A DNA stretch of 24,747 nucleotides from Eukaryota sp. GEM-RC1 (Eukaryota): NCBI GenBank assembly GCA_040285855.1, contig JAUFOQ010000016.1, positions 3,534,001-3,558,747 on the forward strand, in the 5' to 3' direction. Position numbers and translations under genes: made by a program. Position 1 is the stretch's first letter. Each line of letters begins with the position of its first letter. Under the pieces are notes generated by a model that saw only the letters and a program-made list of their open reading frames with translations, was not told the DNA's origin and did not search any database. Shown in pieces: positions 1 to 11,009 of this stretch.

Positions 1-38
1 ACCCCGTAAATACAAATCTTTATATATAACCCTAACCC

Positions 39-735
39 AATGATGCTTGGAAGCAAACTATGCGTCTTCGTTTAGGTTTATTCCCTAGTGGTTTGCTAAA
101 TAATTCAATCTGTGTTTGTGATTACCGAGCTACAGCCACATTTCGTCATGTTGTTAGTTGCAAGAAATTTTTGCAATTTCGATCTGTTCTACATAACGCT
201 GTTCGTTACGTTACTTATGAAATGTTCAAATCCTACAATTATAGTTGTAAAATTGAACCTCTTCTGAAACATTATAGTGACAATAACGTGTTTCATTCTC
301 GGCGTGGTGACTTAATTGCTCCTTTCCTGGATTCATCTCCAGTTGTGGTTGATTTTACTACAGTTGACCCGTTTGCAAAAGTCTACCAAGACTCCATATT
401 GAATGATTCGAATGGTCATCTGGAAGAGGCTGAACAACGAAAGTGTTCAGATTATGCGGATGCTTTGCAGAAGCTTAATGAAAATCTATATTCAAAGTTT
501 TCATTTGTTCCATTATACGGTAATATTGGACCAGCTGCACAAGGTTTTTTAACTTCCTTTGGTAAATTGTGTTCTGAGTATGGTAAAGTTTTCAATGAAA
601 ATTTTTGGTTGAGTAGGTTAACGTTGCGTTGTTTCGTTCAATGCACAGATATTTTAATTCAATTTTAGATAAGTTGTTCGGTGATGGACAGAAGGATCAT
701 AGTTTAGATACTTTAGTTAGTGTCTGTTAGTTATT
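39..735 (+). pseudogene. 3' fragment of an RLE-type non-LTR retrotransposon (lineage F): CCHC finger and PD-(D/E)xK endonuclease
   Basis: ORF 60-668 shows W..MRLRLG, CVCDYRATATFRHVVSC (CCHC), HNAVR, IEP, RGD...VDFT, EQRKCSDY, YGNIG and FWLSRL, in the same order as the C-terminus of the full-length element at 1426-4978. Ends are approximate. Confidence 0.85.
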
Positions 736-749
736 AACTTCTGCAAATG

Positions 750-1064
750 CATTTATTTCACTGACTGATCATAAACCCCGTTTTTTGTTCCATTTGCCAT
801 TTCAATTTTTGGTAATATTGGTCCAGCCGGTTTAAAGTTTTTCAGTGATTTTAGTCTTTTATGTCGTTCTAATGGCAAGTTGTTTAATAGCGCGCGCTGT
901 ATGGATTAATCGAATTATGTTCGCTCTTTATAGAAGCATTCCCAAGTATTTATGTTCCATTTATTCGAAGTTGTATAGGGACAATTCGCGTGTTGATGTG
1001 GAGAATTTAACTTCTTTCATTTTTTGAATTAGTATGTATTAATTTATTGTTGCAAATAAACTCT
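750..1064 (+). pseudogene. Short 3'-terminal fragment of a second F-like RLE retrotransposon with 3' UTR and AATAAA
   Basis: Translates across a frameshift as PFQFFGNIGPAGLKFFSDF...WINRIMFALYRSIP with a stop at 1027; AATAAA is at 1055. It is the outermost host of the nested insertion series. Confidence 0.7.
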
Positions 1065-1425
1065 TTATATACTTTTTATGGTAATTCGTCTGATTTGGTC
1101 TACAACTCGGCTAATCTTTCTTCATTAACCGGTGTTAAACAAGGTGATCCTCTTGGACCTTATTTCTTCTGCCTTGCTATTCACCCCATCCTCAACTATC
1201 TTAAATCCAAGTATAAGCATTTGGAAATTGTGGCTTATAGGTTGACATTTCTTTTATTGCACCTTTTGAGACTATACAAGTAATTTCTGCAGAAGCTGCC
1301 ACTTTGTATTAAGAGATTGGGTTAAATTTAAATATTCAAAAACGTTTCGTTATAGGAAAAGAACCAAAGTGAGAGAGATGTTTATTCGGCACCCAAAAGG
1401 CAACCTTCCTACAAACTATGAAATT

Positions 1426-4400
1426 TTTTTTAGAAACTTCTCCTTTTATAGAACAAAAACACTAAAATAAACACAAATACTAGAACTCAATATCATTAAA
1501 GCAACAATCATTGCCATTAAAACTCACATCAGCTTTTTCTTCATAAAAAACACTGAGAGCTAATAGAGCTTTTGAAATCATGATAGGAATTGTTTTAAAT
1601 ATTGTAAAAACAATACGATTCAACCAAAATTTGAAATCAAATTTCTTGTTCATTCTTTTTAACCACTTTCTCAAAATCGGAGAGAAAACAAAGAGCATCT
1701 CCACCAAGTCGGCCATAAATTGAAATTGCAAAAGGACATAATTTGTACTCAACATGTCTAATATGTTTGAGAGCAGTCAGTGGTTCATCATATTTGTTTC
1801 TCTTGTATTGTTCTGAAGAATTCAGTGGAGAAACTTCATTTTTAGCATCCTTGAAAGCACTTTTTTGCAAACATCCACAGTAATCACATCAACAACGGTT
1901 AGTTCATCGTTGACTGATGGAACTATGACATCAGCTCTTCTTTTACCAAAAGTCTTATCAGAATCACTATTTTTTGAATTATTGATTTCCAGTGATCTCA
2001 ACAGTGGCTCAACGAAAGATTCTATTTTGTAGGACTTACACATGGCATGAATTTGATCTCTGACAGCATCATGAATACAAGTTCTATAAGTAATGAAACG
2101 ATTACAACTCAAAAGGTGAGAAAAAGTAACTAATTTACCACATTTACATTGAAGATCATTGGGTAAATTAGAGGGCCACAAGAAACATCGAAGTCTGAAT
2201 GTTGTAGTCCATTGATGATCATTCAACAACAAACCATAAATCTGAGGAATTTGGTTAATCAAAGCAACTGAAGAACTGTCCTTCAAATCGATTAAAAATT
2301 TGCGAAAGCTGGATCTTTGGCCGAGCCAAGTCGAATTTTAAAATCCAGACATTCAAAATGTTTTAAAAGGTGTTTTTGGAGTTTCTTAAGAGCATATTTT
2401 AACGAGGTGACACATCGTTCTGGTATTTCACAAATATCTACTGGAAAACAAGTTTGCCAGAGGTCAGGTGAAATTAGCGACAATTCTGATCTCAAATTTT
2501 CCAAGAAAAAACTACTGGTCGAAATAAGAAGATCTTCTTGACTTGGGTACCGTCGACAGAACTCAAAGACAAAATTCTTACCACCACCAATGAAAGCAGA
2601 TTTGGTCCACCATTTAGATGAAGTGAAACCAATACCACCAAGATGAGGATCTGAGAAGATATGATTGTTCAAAGCAGCAGGATCAACTGATAACAAAAAT
2701 GCAAGAAAGTCAGTACGAATTTTGTTAAAGCTTCTACAGAAGTTATAGGTAAGTACAGGGGGAGAGAGCGAAGCAGATGAGTAACTTTTCCTGAATAACA
2801 AATTTTTAGCATAAAGAATTTGAGATGTTTTTCCAGTTGCAATTCCTTAATTTGATCTAATTCTTTTCGCATCGAATCCAAATATACATTCAGATCTTTA
2901 ACAATGTTGTCATGTGAACCAAGATAACAACCTAGAAATCTAAAGCTTGAAGATAAATAGTTCACAAAGGGAACCTCTAAAGAATTAACAATTAAATATA
3001 CAGGTACCTTGGCAATCAAAAAACATTTTTGCACATTTAATTGAAGTCCAATTGCATCGTACAAATCAGCAGCCTGATTCGCAATAATACGAAGAGTTGA
3101 CATAGGAGCAATAAAAGAAATGTCATCCATATAAGCTACGATTTCTAAGTCTGCATGTTCTTCTTTGAGTTTTTTCAGGATTGGATGAATAGCCAAACAA
3201 AAAAAAAAGGGACCAAGAGGATCTCCTTGTTTAACACCAGAAACAGAATTAAGAACAAATGAATTAAAAACTAAGTCAGAAGAGTGACCATAAAAACAAT
3301 GAAAAAGGTACCTAATTCTGGAAAACTCTTTTCCAATTCAGAACAAATGGCAGATCGTTTAACAGAATTAAAAGCATTCTTAAAATCCAAATTGAAAATG
3401 CAATTATTTTCAACCGCATTGAAGAAAACATCAGAAGAAAGGGCAGCTACAGAAGCTCCATCAATGGTTTTAATACCATATTGATAAGGTGAAAAGAAAT
3501 CCTTGGCTTTGTTCGAAATTCTTCCAAAGACAACAGAAGCAAACAAACGGTAAATAGCTTCACCGACAGCAATAGGACGGATTTTCTTGTTAGGCTTAAT
3601 CAGTGCAACCAAACGAGAAGCAGACAACTCTTTAGGAGGAACAACCTTCGATAACAAAACATTGTTGAAAAAAGACATAAATCTTCAACAATAAGGGAAT
3701 TTTGACGTGAAACAGATTTAAGCATATCAAAAGTAATACCCGAAGGTCCAGGAGCTTTTCCTGAAGGGAGTTTTAAAATACAACTCATCAACTCATCCAC
3801 TCTAATGGGGTTTTCTTTCCAATACAAAGAAGGCATAGGCTTGACAGGACAAAATTTTTCCAATGGATGAAGAGCCTGAAGTTGAGAAACAGTGTCCTCA
3901 GAAACAGGAGCAAGATCTGATGAAAATATGGCATTCTTAGCTGAACCATACCTACCTCGAAGAAGTTGTTGACGTACAACTTTATCCTTTGGTAATTTCT
4001 TTGGAACAAACACTTTCTTAGGGCGAGTGCAGGATTGAGATTGTTTCTCAAGAAAAAATTTCCAGATGTGAAGAACATCCCAAGAACCTAGTGAAAGCGC
4101 TAGAGTAAAAGACCGAAAAGCAATAGAAAAAGGAATGGAACCTTTGGGGCTGAGTTGATTCGCAATTTTCACAGGAGGTCGAAGAGTATCAACAGAGAGA
4201 CAATCTTCACAAATCAAATAATTGTTTTTAATTAGGCAAGACGCCGAAACAGTTTTGCAAAAATTACATTCATTGGACTGACCAAATTTTGTAAAAGAAT
4301 TATCAGAAAGAGGCTGGACGTTGTCTTCTGCTGTAACCTCAGAAGTGACAGCCAGATTGTCAACAACATTTGAGACTTCTGCAATGGCAGCCGACAGGGA

Positions 4401-4978
4401 ATCAGGAATTTTAGGCAAATCAAAATTTGGACAAACTTTCTGATTTTTTCGGTGACCTAATTGACCACAAGAAGAACAGTGAGGAAGAGCTCTTTTTCGA
4501 ATTTGCTGAGAAGCAGGGATCGCAACTTCAGGAGAAGATTTGATGGAAGTAGAAGCAGCGTTAGACTCAGAGAAGACCTCAGAAAAAGAAGAACTATTAG
4601 AGGGAACAAAAGTGGGATTAGAAGAACAAAGAGGCAAAGAACTTGGCAACTCAACTGGACGTGAAGCTAGAACCTTATTGACAAGAGGGCTAACAGGAAA
4701 TACAGACTCTGAAACACGAGACATAGAATCACCAGAAGAAGAAAGATGACTTACGGAAAGAGCAGAAGAGGGAGTCACAGAAGATTTACTGCTAACCAGG
4801 GAAATCCGAGTAAATGGACGTACAAGTGGAGCTGAAGGACGACTTAGAGCAAAGATGGAGTACCCGCAAGCTTAGCCGCTATGCATGGTGACATTCTTGG
4901 TGTCCTGTACCTTGGTTTATTAGGAAGACGAAGACTGCCAGAAATTCTGGCAGAACTTCCTGTCATGAAGTTGAAAAA
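1426..4978 (-). mobile_element. Full-length RLE-type (CRE-clade-like) non-LTR retrotransposon, lineage A copy 1
   Basis: A 13-bp TSD (plus strand AAACTATGAAATT) lies at 1413-1425 and 4979-4991. A short poly(A) tail appears as a T run at 1426-1431. The ATG is at 4966 and the stop at 1480. Confidence 0.93.
1480..4966 (-). CDS. Single polyprotein of element A: Ser/Pro-rich N-terminus, zinc knuckle, C4 finger, reverse transcriptase, CCHC finger and restriction-like endonuclease; broken by about 8 frameshifts
   Basis: Joined from ORFs 3600-4778, 3271-3678, 2669-3196, 2292-2801, 1822-2286, 1637-1870 and 1480-1755. Motifs: CSSCGQLGHRKNQKVC, CNFC...CEDC, KAPGPSG, IRPIAVGE, QYG, LDFKNAFNSV, GVKQGDPLGP, AYMDDI, GLQLNVQKC, FLG, LGGIG, CKC...HLLSC, HD, RADV...VDV, KRNKY and PFAISIYGRLG. 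Confidence 0.9.
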
Positions 4979-6723
4979 AAACTATGAAATTGTAAAAACA
5001 AACAAATAATACTAAGATTAAATCCAAACGACTTCATCACCACCCGAAAGTTATTAACAATTCGTTCAATTGAAGTCCCTTTCATTAGTTATTCTGCTTC
5101 AAGTTTCAGATTTCTTGGTTGTTTTTTTGGTAAAAAGGAAGTTAATGTCAAAAACCTTGATGATTATTTGAATTCGATTCAACAAGAGTTGGATAAGATT
5201 AAAGTTCTTGAAATTGAAAAGGATTGTTAAAATTCTTCATGCTCAAAATTTGTTATTCTGGCAAAATTACTCATCTTTTGAGGTCCCTTGCTCCTGAGTT
5301 ATCGTATGATTTCTGTAGAGCTTTTAACAAAAACAGACTTTCTTTCTTTTCTTCTTCAAGTCAACCCCAATATTTTAAATAACCACACATTTTCTAGTCC
5401 ATATCTTGGAGGTTTGGGATTCACATCTTCCAAATGGTGGACTAAAGCAGCTTTATTGGTGGTGGAAAGAATTTTGTATTCGAGTTTTGTAATAGATATC
5501 CATCAAGAACTTCTCTTCTTGAAAGTACTACAATGTAGCAGCTTTTATCTTAATCATCTCCGTGGTGAAATAGGAAATCTTTCTCCTGAGCTATGGTCAA
5601 CTTGCTTTCCTGTTGATATCAAAGAAATTCCATGTCGAAACATTTTATCTTTAAAGTTTGCTTTAAGAAAGCTACAAAATCATTTGTTAAAATATTCTGA
5701 AAGTTTAGATTTTACAGTCCGTCTTAGCTCGGCTAAGGAAAAAATCCAGCTTTCGGTAATTTTTTAATTGATTTAAAGGAGAGTTCTGCTGTCATTAATT
5801 AATCGAATTCCACAAGTATATGGTTTATTATTAAATGATCATCAATGGGCCACTACAATGAGACTTCGTTGTTATTTATGGCCATATAATTTGCCAAATG
5901 ATCTTCAATGTAGCTGTGGAAAACAATTAACGTTTTCTCATCTGTTAAGTTGTAATCGCTACATAACTTATCGAACGTGTATGCATGATGCTGTAAGAGA
6001 TCAACTACATGCTATGTGTAAGTCTTACAAAATTGAGTCATTTGTTGAACCACTTTTAAGATCTTTAGAACCAAGTAATAATTGTAATGTCGAAAAACAG
6101 AACCAATTTTTTGGTAAACGGAGAGCAGATGTTGTTGTCCCTTCTTCTTCGGACAAAATGTTTGTTGTTGATGTAGTGTCAATGGATGTTTGTAAAAAGA
6201 CATCTTTAAAGAACGCTTCGTCTGAAACTTCTCCTTTAGACATTTCTGAACAGGCCAAACAGGATAAGTACGAGAAACCATTGCTAGCTTTAAAACATGT
6301 AAAACATGTTGAATACGAATTATGCCCTTTGCTGTTTCAATTTACGGACGTTTAGGAAAAAGTGCAATGAATTGTTAAACGGCTTCGGAAAAATCGTAAA
6401 AAATAGGATGATCAAACGTTTTGATCATATGTTATGGTTGAATCGGATCGTTTTTACTGTTTTTAAAACAGTTCCCCTAATCATCTCCAAAGCTTTATTA
6501 GCAGTGAGTTCCTCTTATGAGGCAAAGCTGTTGTAAGATTTGATAGCGACGGGTGTTGTTTTAATGATATCAAATTTTAGTTGTTTGATTTATTACATTT
6601 ATAATAAACTCTAGTATATAAACAAAATGAAGAGCAATAAAAAGACAAAGGAATTAACATCGTTTTAGTCAAGTGTCTTGCATTTTAACTCATATTATAT
6701 CTTCCCAGGGTCTACAGTCCATA

Positions 6724-7910
6724 AATGGTGGACCAAATCTGCTTTCATTGGTGGTGGTAAGAATTTTGTCTTTGAGTTCTGTAGACGGTACCCAAGTCAA
6801 GAAAATCTTCTTGTTTCGACAAGTAGTTGTTTCTTGGTAAATTTGAGATCAGAATTGTCACTAATTTCACCTGACCTCTGGCAAACTTGTTTTCCAGCAG
6901 ATATTTGTGAAATTCCAGAACGATGTGTCACCTCGTTAAAATTTGCTCTTAAGAAACTCCAAAAACACCTTTTAAAACATTTTGAATGTCTGGATTTTAA
7001 AATTCGACTTGGCTCGGCCAAAGAAAAAAATCCAGCTTTCGCAAATTTTTAATCGATTTAAAGGACAGTTCTTCAGTTGCTTTGATTAACCAAATTCCTC
7101 AGATTTATGGTTTGTTGTTGAATGATCATCAATGGACTACAACATTCAGACTTCGATGTTTCTTGTGGCCCTCTAATTTACCCAATGATCTTCAATGCAA
7201 ATGTGGTAAATTAGTTACTTTTTCTCACCTTTTGAGTTGCAATCGTTTCATTACTTATAGAACTTGTATTCATGTTGCTGTTAGAGATCAAATTCATGCA
7301 ATGTGTAAGTCCTACAAAATCGAATCTTTCGTTGAGCCACTGTTGAGATCACTGGAAATCAATAATTCAAAAAATAGTGATTCTGATAAGACTTTTGGTA
7401 AACGAAGAGCTGATGTTATAGTTCCATCAGTTAATGATGAACTAACCGTTGTTGATGTGATTACTGTGGATGTTTGCAAAAAAGTGCATTCAAGGATGCT
7501 AAAACTGAAGTTTCGCCACTGAATTCTTCAGAACAATACAAGAGAAACAAATATGATGAACCACTGACTGCTCTCAAACATATTAGACATGTTGAGTACA
7601 AATTATGTCCTTTTGCAATTTCAATTTATGGTCGACTTGGTAGAGATGCTCTTTGTTTTCTCTCTGATTTTGAGAAAGTGGTCAAAAAGAATGAACAAGA
7701 AATTTGATTTCAAATTTTGGTTGAATCGTATTGTTTTTACAATATTTAAAACAATTCCTATCATGATTTCAAAAGCTCTATTAGCTCTCAGTGTTTTTAT
7801 GAAGAAAAAGCTGATGTGAGTTTTAATGGCAATGATTGTTGCTTTAATGATATTGAATTCTAGTATTTGTGTTTATTTTAATGTTTTTAATAAAGGGGAT
7901 GTTTTTTAAA
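6724..7910 (+). mobile_element. 5'-truncated lineage A copy 2 (post-RT region, CCHC finger, RLE and 3' UTR)
   Basis: Nearly identical in inverted orientation to about 1455-2615; ORFs 6678-7052, 7082-7522, 7474-7707 and 7589-7819 mirror those of copy 1. A 10-bp TSD ACAGTCCATA lies at 6714-6723 and 7911-7920. Confidence 0.93.
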
Positions 7911-8789
7911 ACAGTCCATACAGTTTAGAGATGCAATTCAACAACTTACAGTTCAACCTGAGCTGGAAAGTGAATCTGAAGTGGAGTTAATTAAAGACGT
8001 TGATGACTTTGTGAAAACCACGATGGTCAGTTATTACGTAAAAACAAAAGAATTGTTAGTTCATGGATTTGGATAAAACTGGTAGAAAAAGGCTTCTTTG
8101 ATTTTGAAGAAAAGATAACCGATGAACATGCAATCCAGAATACAAATATGTATGTATGGTTAATAATATAGTTCTGGACAAAGATCAGAAAATTCCTGAT
8201 CAAAAGTACCAATGCTCAAGATAGAATTTGGGTAGATTCTGATTGAAAAACAAACTAAATTTCTTGTTGATATCTATTGTCCAATTTCTAAGAGAAACGT
8301 AAAAAAATTCTCGTTGGTGAATATTCCTTCCTCCACTGAGTAGAACCATTTTAATTGTAAAAATGAAATAGAAAAATCAAAATCAAAATGGAACACTACA
8401 CCGAAAACAAAAATTTAAAATAATGAAGTGGGCTCTTTCTGACCATTTCATCATTTTTGAATCCATCCATGATAGTGTGACAGGGTTGACCACTGAAACT
8501 TTTTGGTAATACACCAACTTTCAACCTACCCATTAGGATGTGATATCGGAAGCATTTCTTGATAATCAATGTACCACAATCAACTTCTACTGGGGACATT
8601 GTACATCTCTCTTTGAAAGTCCAATGATGATCGTTGGTATCCCTTGACCCATTATTGAAAATTGGAGTCTACGCACGGCAAAAAGTATTCTATGCTCAAA
8701 AGTCTAAAAACGTCATTTCAACTAATACTCGCAAGAGAATCGAGAAATAGAGTGATGGACTCACTGCTAGGAGATACTGGAAAAGCTTG

Positions 8790-9590
8790 GTGTAAGAACT
8801 TCCGAACTATGTATGAACTGATGACAGTTAACTAGATGGTGAAATTTGGCAGATGATGAGTGACCACAAAGACATGGAGTGCACTTCAGGAGAAGGCCAT
8901 AAACCTAACCTAAGACTCATATTGATATGCCACTCATGATCTTTGAGATTAAAACCAAAATTGTGGGGCAGCCGTGTGATAAAAGAAGCTCAAAAAACTG
9001 ACGAACTGTCCGTTAAAAAATCACATTTTTAATCTGAGCCAAGCCAATACGATTCTCATAATCCAAGTTTTCATGATAAGATACAAATTTGTTCTGAAGT
9101 ATACAGACACACAACTGAAGTGAGAAAATAGATATTTGCTGAGTTTCTGAAATCGAGACTGGACATAAAGCAGACCAAGGAGTGCTGTCAAGACCATCAA
9201 CAATTTTCTGAAGACTTTGGATCCAAGAACACTCTAAAGATAGTTAGAATGTTTTAGATTTCCATAGAAGTGGATAACAAACTTGAAATAAATTAGAAGT
9301 TTTTCAAGGAACCCAAAAAAGCATCTTCGCACATGTATTTTGCTTTTGATAGACCAATGCCACCAAAAGATGTTGAAGTCAAGCAATGAGAGGGAAGTGC
9401 ATTATCTTTACTTCCACTAAATGACCCACAAATTTGGTCCTCATTTTATTGAAATGACAGGAAAAATCAACAGTCAACTCAGGAGATAATCTTCTCAAGT
9501 AATGGTTCACTTTCCCTGCAAAACAAATTTGTAACAAAGCAAATGAAACTTGTTTACCAATGTCTAAATCGATCAACTGATTTAGCTGTT
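8790..9590 (-). pseudogene. Old, degenerate RLE non-LTR retrotransposon fragment (lineage E)
   Basis: ORF 9379-9576 LLQICFAGKVNHYLRRL aligns with A's MLKICYSGKVTHLLRSL. Further on are FGGIG, VYGLLL and CLCGH...HHLVNC remnants with stops and deletions. Ends are approximate. Confidence 0.75.
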
Positions 9591-10014
9591 AATGAACAGC
9601 ATTGTTTTTGGCTAATAAAGCACAATTCTGTATGTCCAGTACCTTTGAATAGGTCGTCAACCAGATAAACTAATTAATTGGGATTGTTTTATAGTGAGAC
9701 ATGATCAAAATACACAATCAAAGACACCAAATTTGAGATGATGAAAGTTCCATACACACTTTGCAAATGATAAACACTCAATGTTAGTTGTAAATCAGAA
9801 TTTGTAATAAGATCATGTCTCAGGATTGAGAGCTGATCATAATTGACATTGATTGGTGATATTAAGAGGTAATTGTATTATTTCAAGTATTCAATTCTGT
9901 ATGTCCAGTACATTTTTTCATCTTACTTGTACAACAAAACTAACATAACGTCAACAGATTTGAGATGAAATATGACCATGTGAAAGTCACACTTTTACAG
10001 TTCCATTTCATTCT

Positions 10015-10307
10015 TCTGTTCTCATCAATGCTACGGGTTTTGTTGCGAAATTTTCTACACAGAATCTTATGGGATGTTTAGAAGTGGTGAACCTACAATT
10101 CCGTAATCCATTGCTCGTTTGAAGCTAATTGACACTCCAGGTATAGACACACTGGTCTTTTCAACATCTTCTTCAGCTACATTTAGTTGTCAGACTGCTT
10201 TAGGAAGGTCAAGTGTTCCAATGAAATGTTGGTCTTAGGTACCATGATGTAAGATAAAAGCAAATTTATAGGGGTATAAACAAGGCTAATACGCCAATAC
10301 ACTAACA
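10015..10307 (-). mobile_element. Internally deleted Ty3/gypsy relic: short LTR candidate (10248-10307), putative PBS (10238-10244) and two RT fragments
   Basis: The minus strand reads TGTTAG...TATAAAT...CTTACA, then TCA, then TGGTACC. It continues HFIGTLDLPKAV*QLNVAEEDVEKTSVSIPGVSISFKRA and NCRFTTSKHP...FRNKTRSIDENR, homologous to NFIATLDLPKAFWQLNLAEKDRDKT...FKRA and KCHFVTKKHP...NNTRSIDPSR in the pol at 16613-18841. Confidence 0.75.
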
Positions 10308-10339
10308 GAAACTAGCTTTCGAAAGGAACCAAAAAAAAA

Positions 10340-10445
10340 GTCGACTTGACTTGGACTTGACTTGGGATCCGAAAATCCAAGTCAACTTGGACTTGGACTC
10401 GAGTCAACTTGAATTTCGACTCAAGTCAAGTTTTGCCCAACTCTA
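10340..10445. mobile_element. Solo terminus of a hAT-family element with GACTTG/CAAGTC subterminal repeats
   Basis: Ends in TTTTGCCCAACTCTA (reverse complement TAGAGTTGGGCAAAA), the same TAGAGNTGGG core as the two other hAT termini here. It has many GACTTG/CAAGTC copies in both orientations. No partner end was found. Confidence 0.7.
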
Positions 10446-11009
10446 CAAGTAACACTAGTGTTTAACTTTTTTAAACTACCAATGGAGGTATGAGTATGCA
10501 CATATGGGATGATCAAAGACCGTGTTGATGTACTTCTTCTCGAAAACGAAGCCGTTTATCATGAAGATAGCATGTGTAACTGTTTCTTATGGAAGATAAA
10601 TTGCAAGTACAGTAGTTGTTCTTGATGAATATAATATATATTGTTGTCACAAACAGGTCTGATAAAAATAACCTTTGGAATGATTCGAAAAAGTGTTTTG
10701 GAAAGAAAGCTGCTCAGAAAAGACGACGAACTCAATAATGGCTTCCTGATATTTGTTCGGGTATTTTTGATCTTTTGTTGTGTTCAGTTTGGTTGTGAAA
10801 CCCTTATAATTTTAGTCATTGTTACTTTAAAACAGAAAAAGTTCTCACTATGACTTTTGCGAAAGTTGTCTTAGGTCGAGTCATTTTGTATTTTTCTGTA
10901 TTAAGTGTATTTTTCTGTATTTTCTGTATTGTTTGTATTTTTTTCAGGGAGTGGCTGTATTTTCCAAGTATGTTTTCAATTACAGAGGTTGCAATTATAG
11001 AGAGTTTAC

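Larger units (their letters stand above)
1371..5046 (-). mobile_element. ~110-bp 3'-terminal fragment of RLE lineage B (4992-5046 plus 1371-1425), itself split by element A
   Basis: A 5-bp direct repeat AAAGT lies at 1366-1370 and 5047-5051. The two halves, reverse-complemented and joined, match the uninterrupted B 3' end at 11446-11553 almost base for base. Confidence 0.85.
1065..6602 (+). mobile_element. 5'-truncated RLE non-LTR retrotransposon (lineage D, sister to A), split into 1065-1370 and 5052-6602 by a nested insertion
   Basis: A 10-bp direct repeat AATAAACTCT lies at 1055-1064 and 6603-6612. RT motifs GVKQGDPLGP and LNLNIQK...GKEP rejoin in frame as GKEPKLLTIRSIEVPF...FRFLG after removing 1371-5051. 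Downstream are LGGLG, CSCGKQLTFSHLLSC, HDAVRD, RADV...VDV and KQDKY. It carries several frameshifts and an in-frame TAA near 1309. Confidence 0.9.

Noticed and set aside
27..38. TAACCCTAACCC, two C-strand telomere units next to an RLE fragment, suggesting telomere-targeted insertion
   Set aside because: Only 12 bp, at the window edge, and it could be the element's own coding sequence just before the ND.W motif. No other element here has telomeric flanks.
1455..7885. ~1.15-kb inverted repeat as a large TIR element or foldback structure
   Set aside because: Each arm is an independent lineage A insertion with its own TSD.
8340..8790. ORF 8396-8599 (-) and flanks as a host gene
   Set aside because: Short, with no recognisable domain; it cannot be supported.
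8900..8913. TAAACCTAACCTAA as an interstitial telomere remnant
   Set aside because: It lies within the degenerate lineage E coding region and does not match the TTAGGG or TTTAGGG units.
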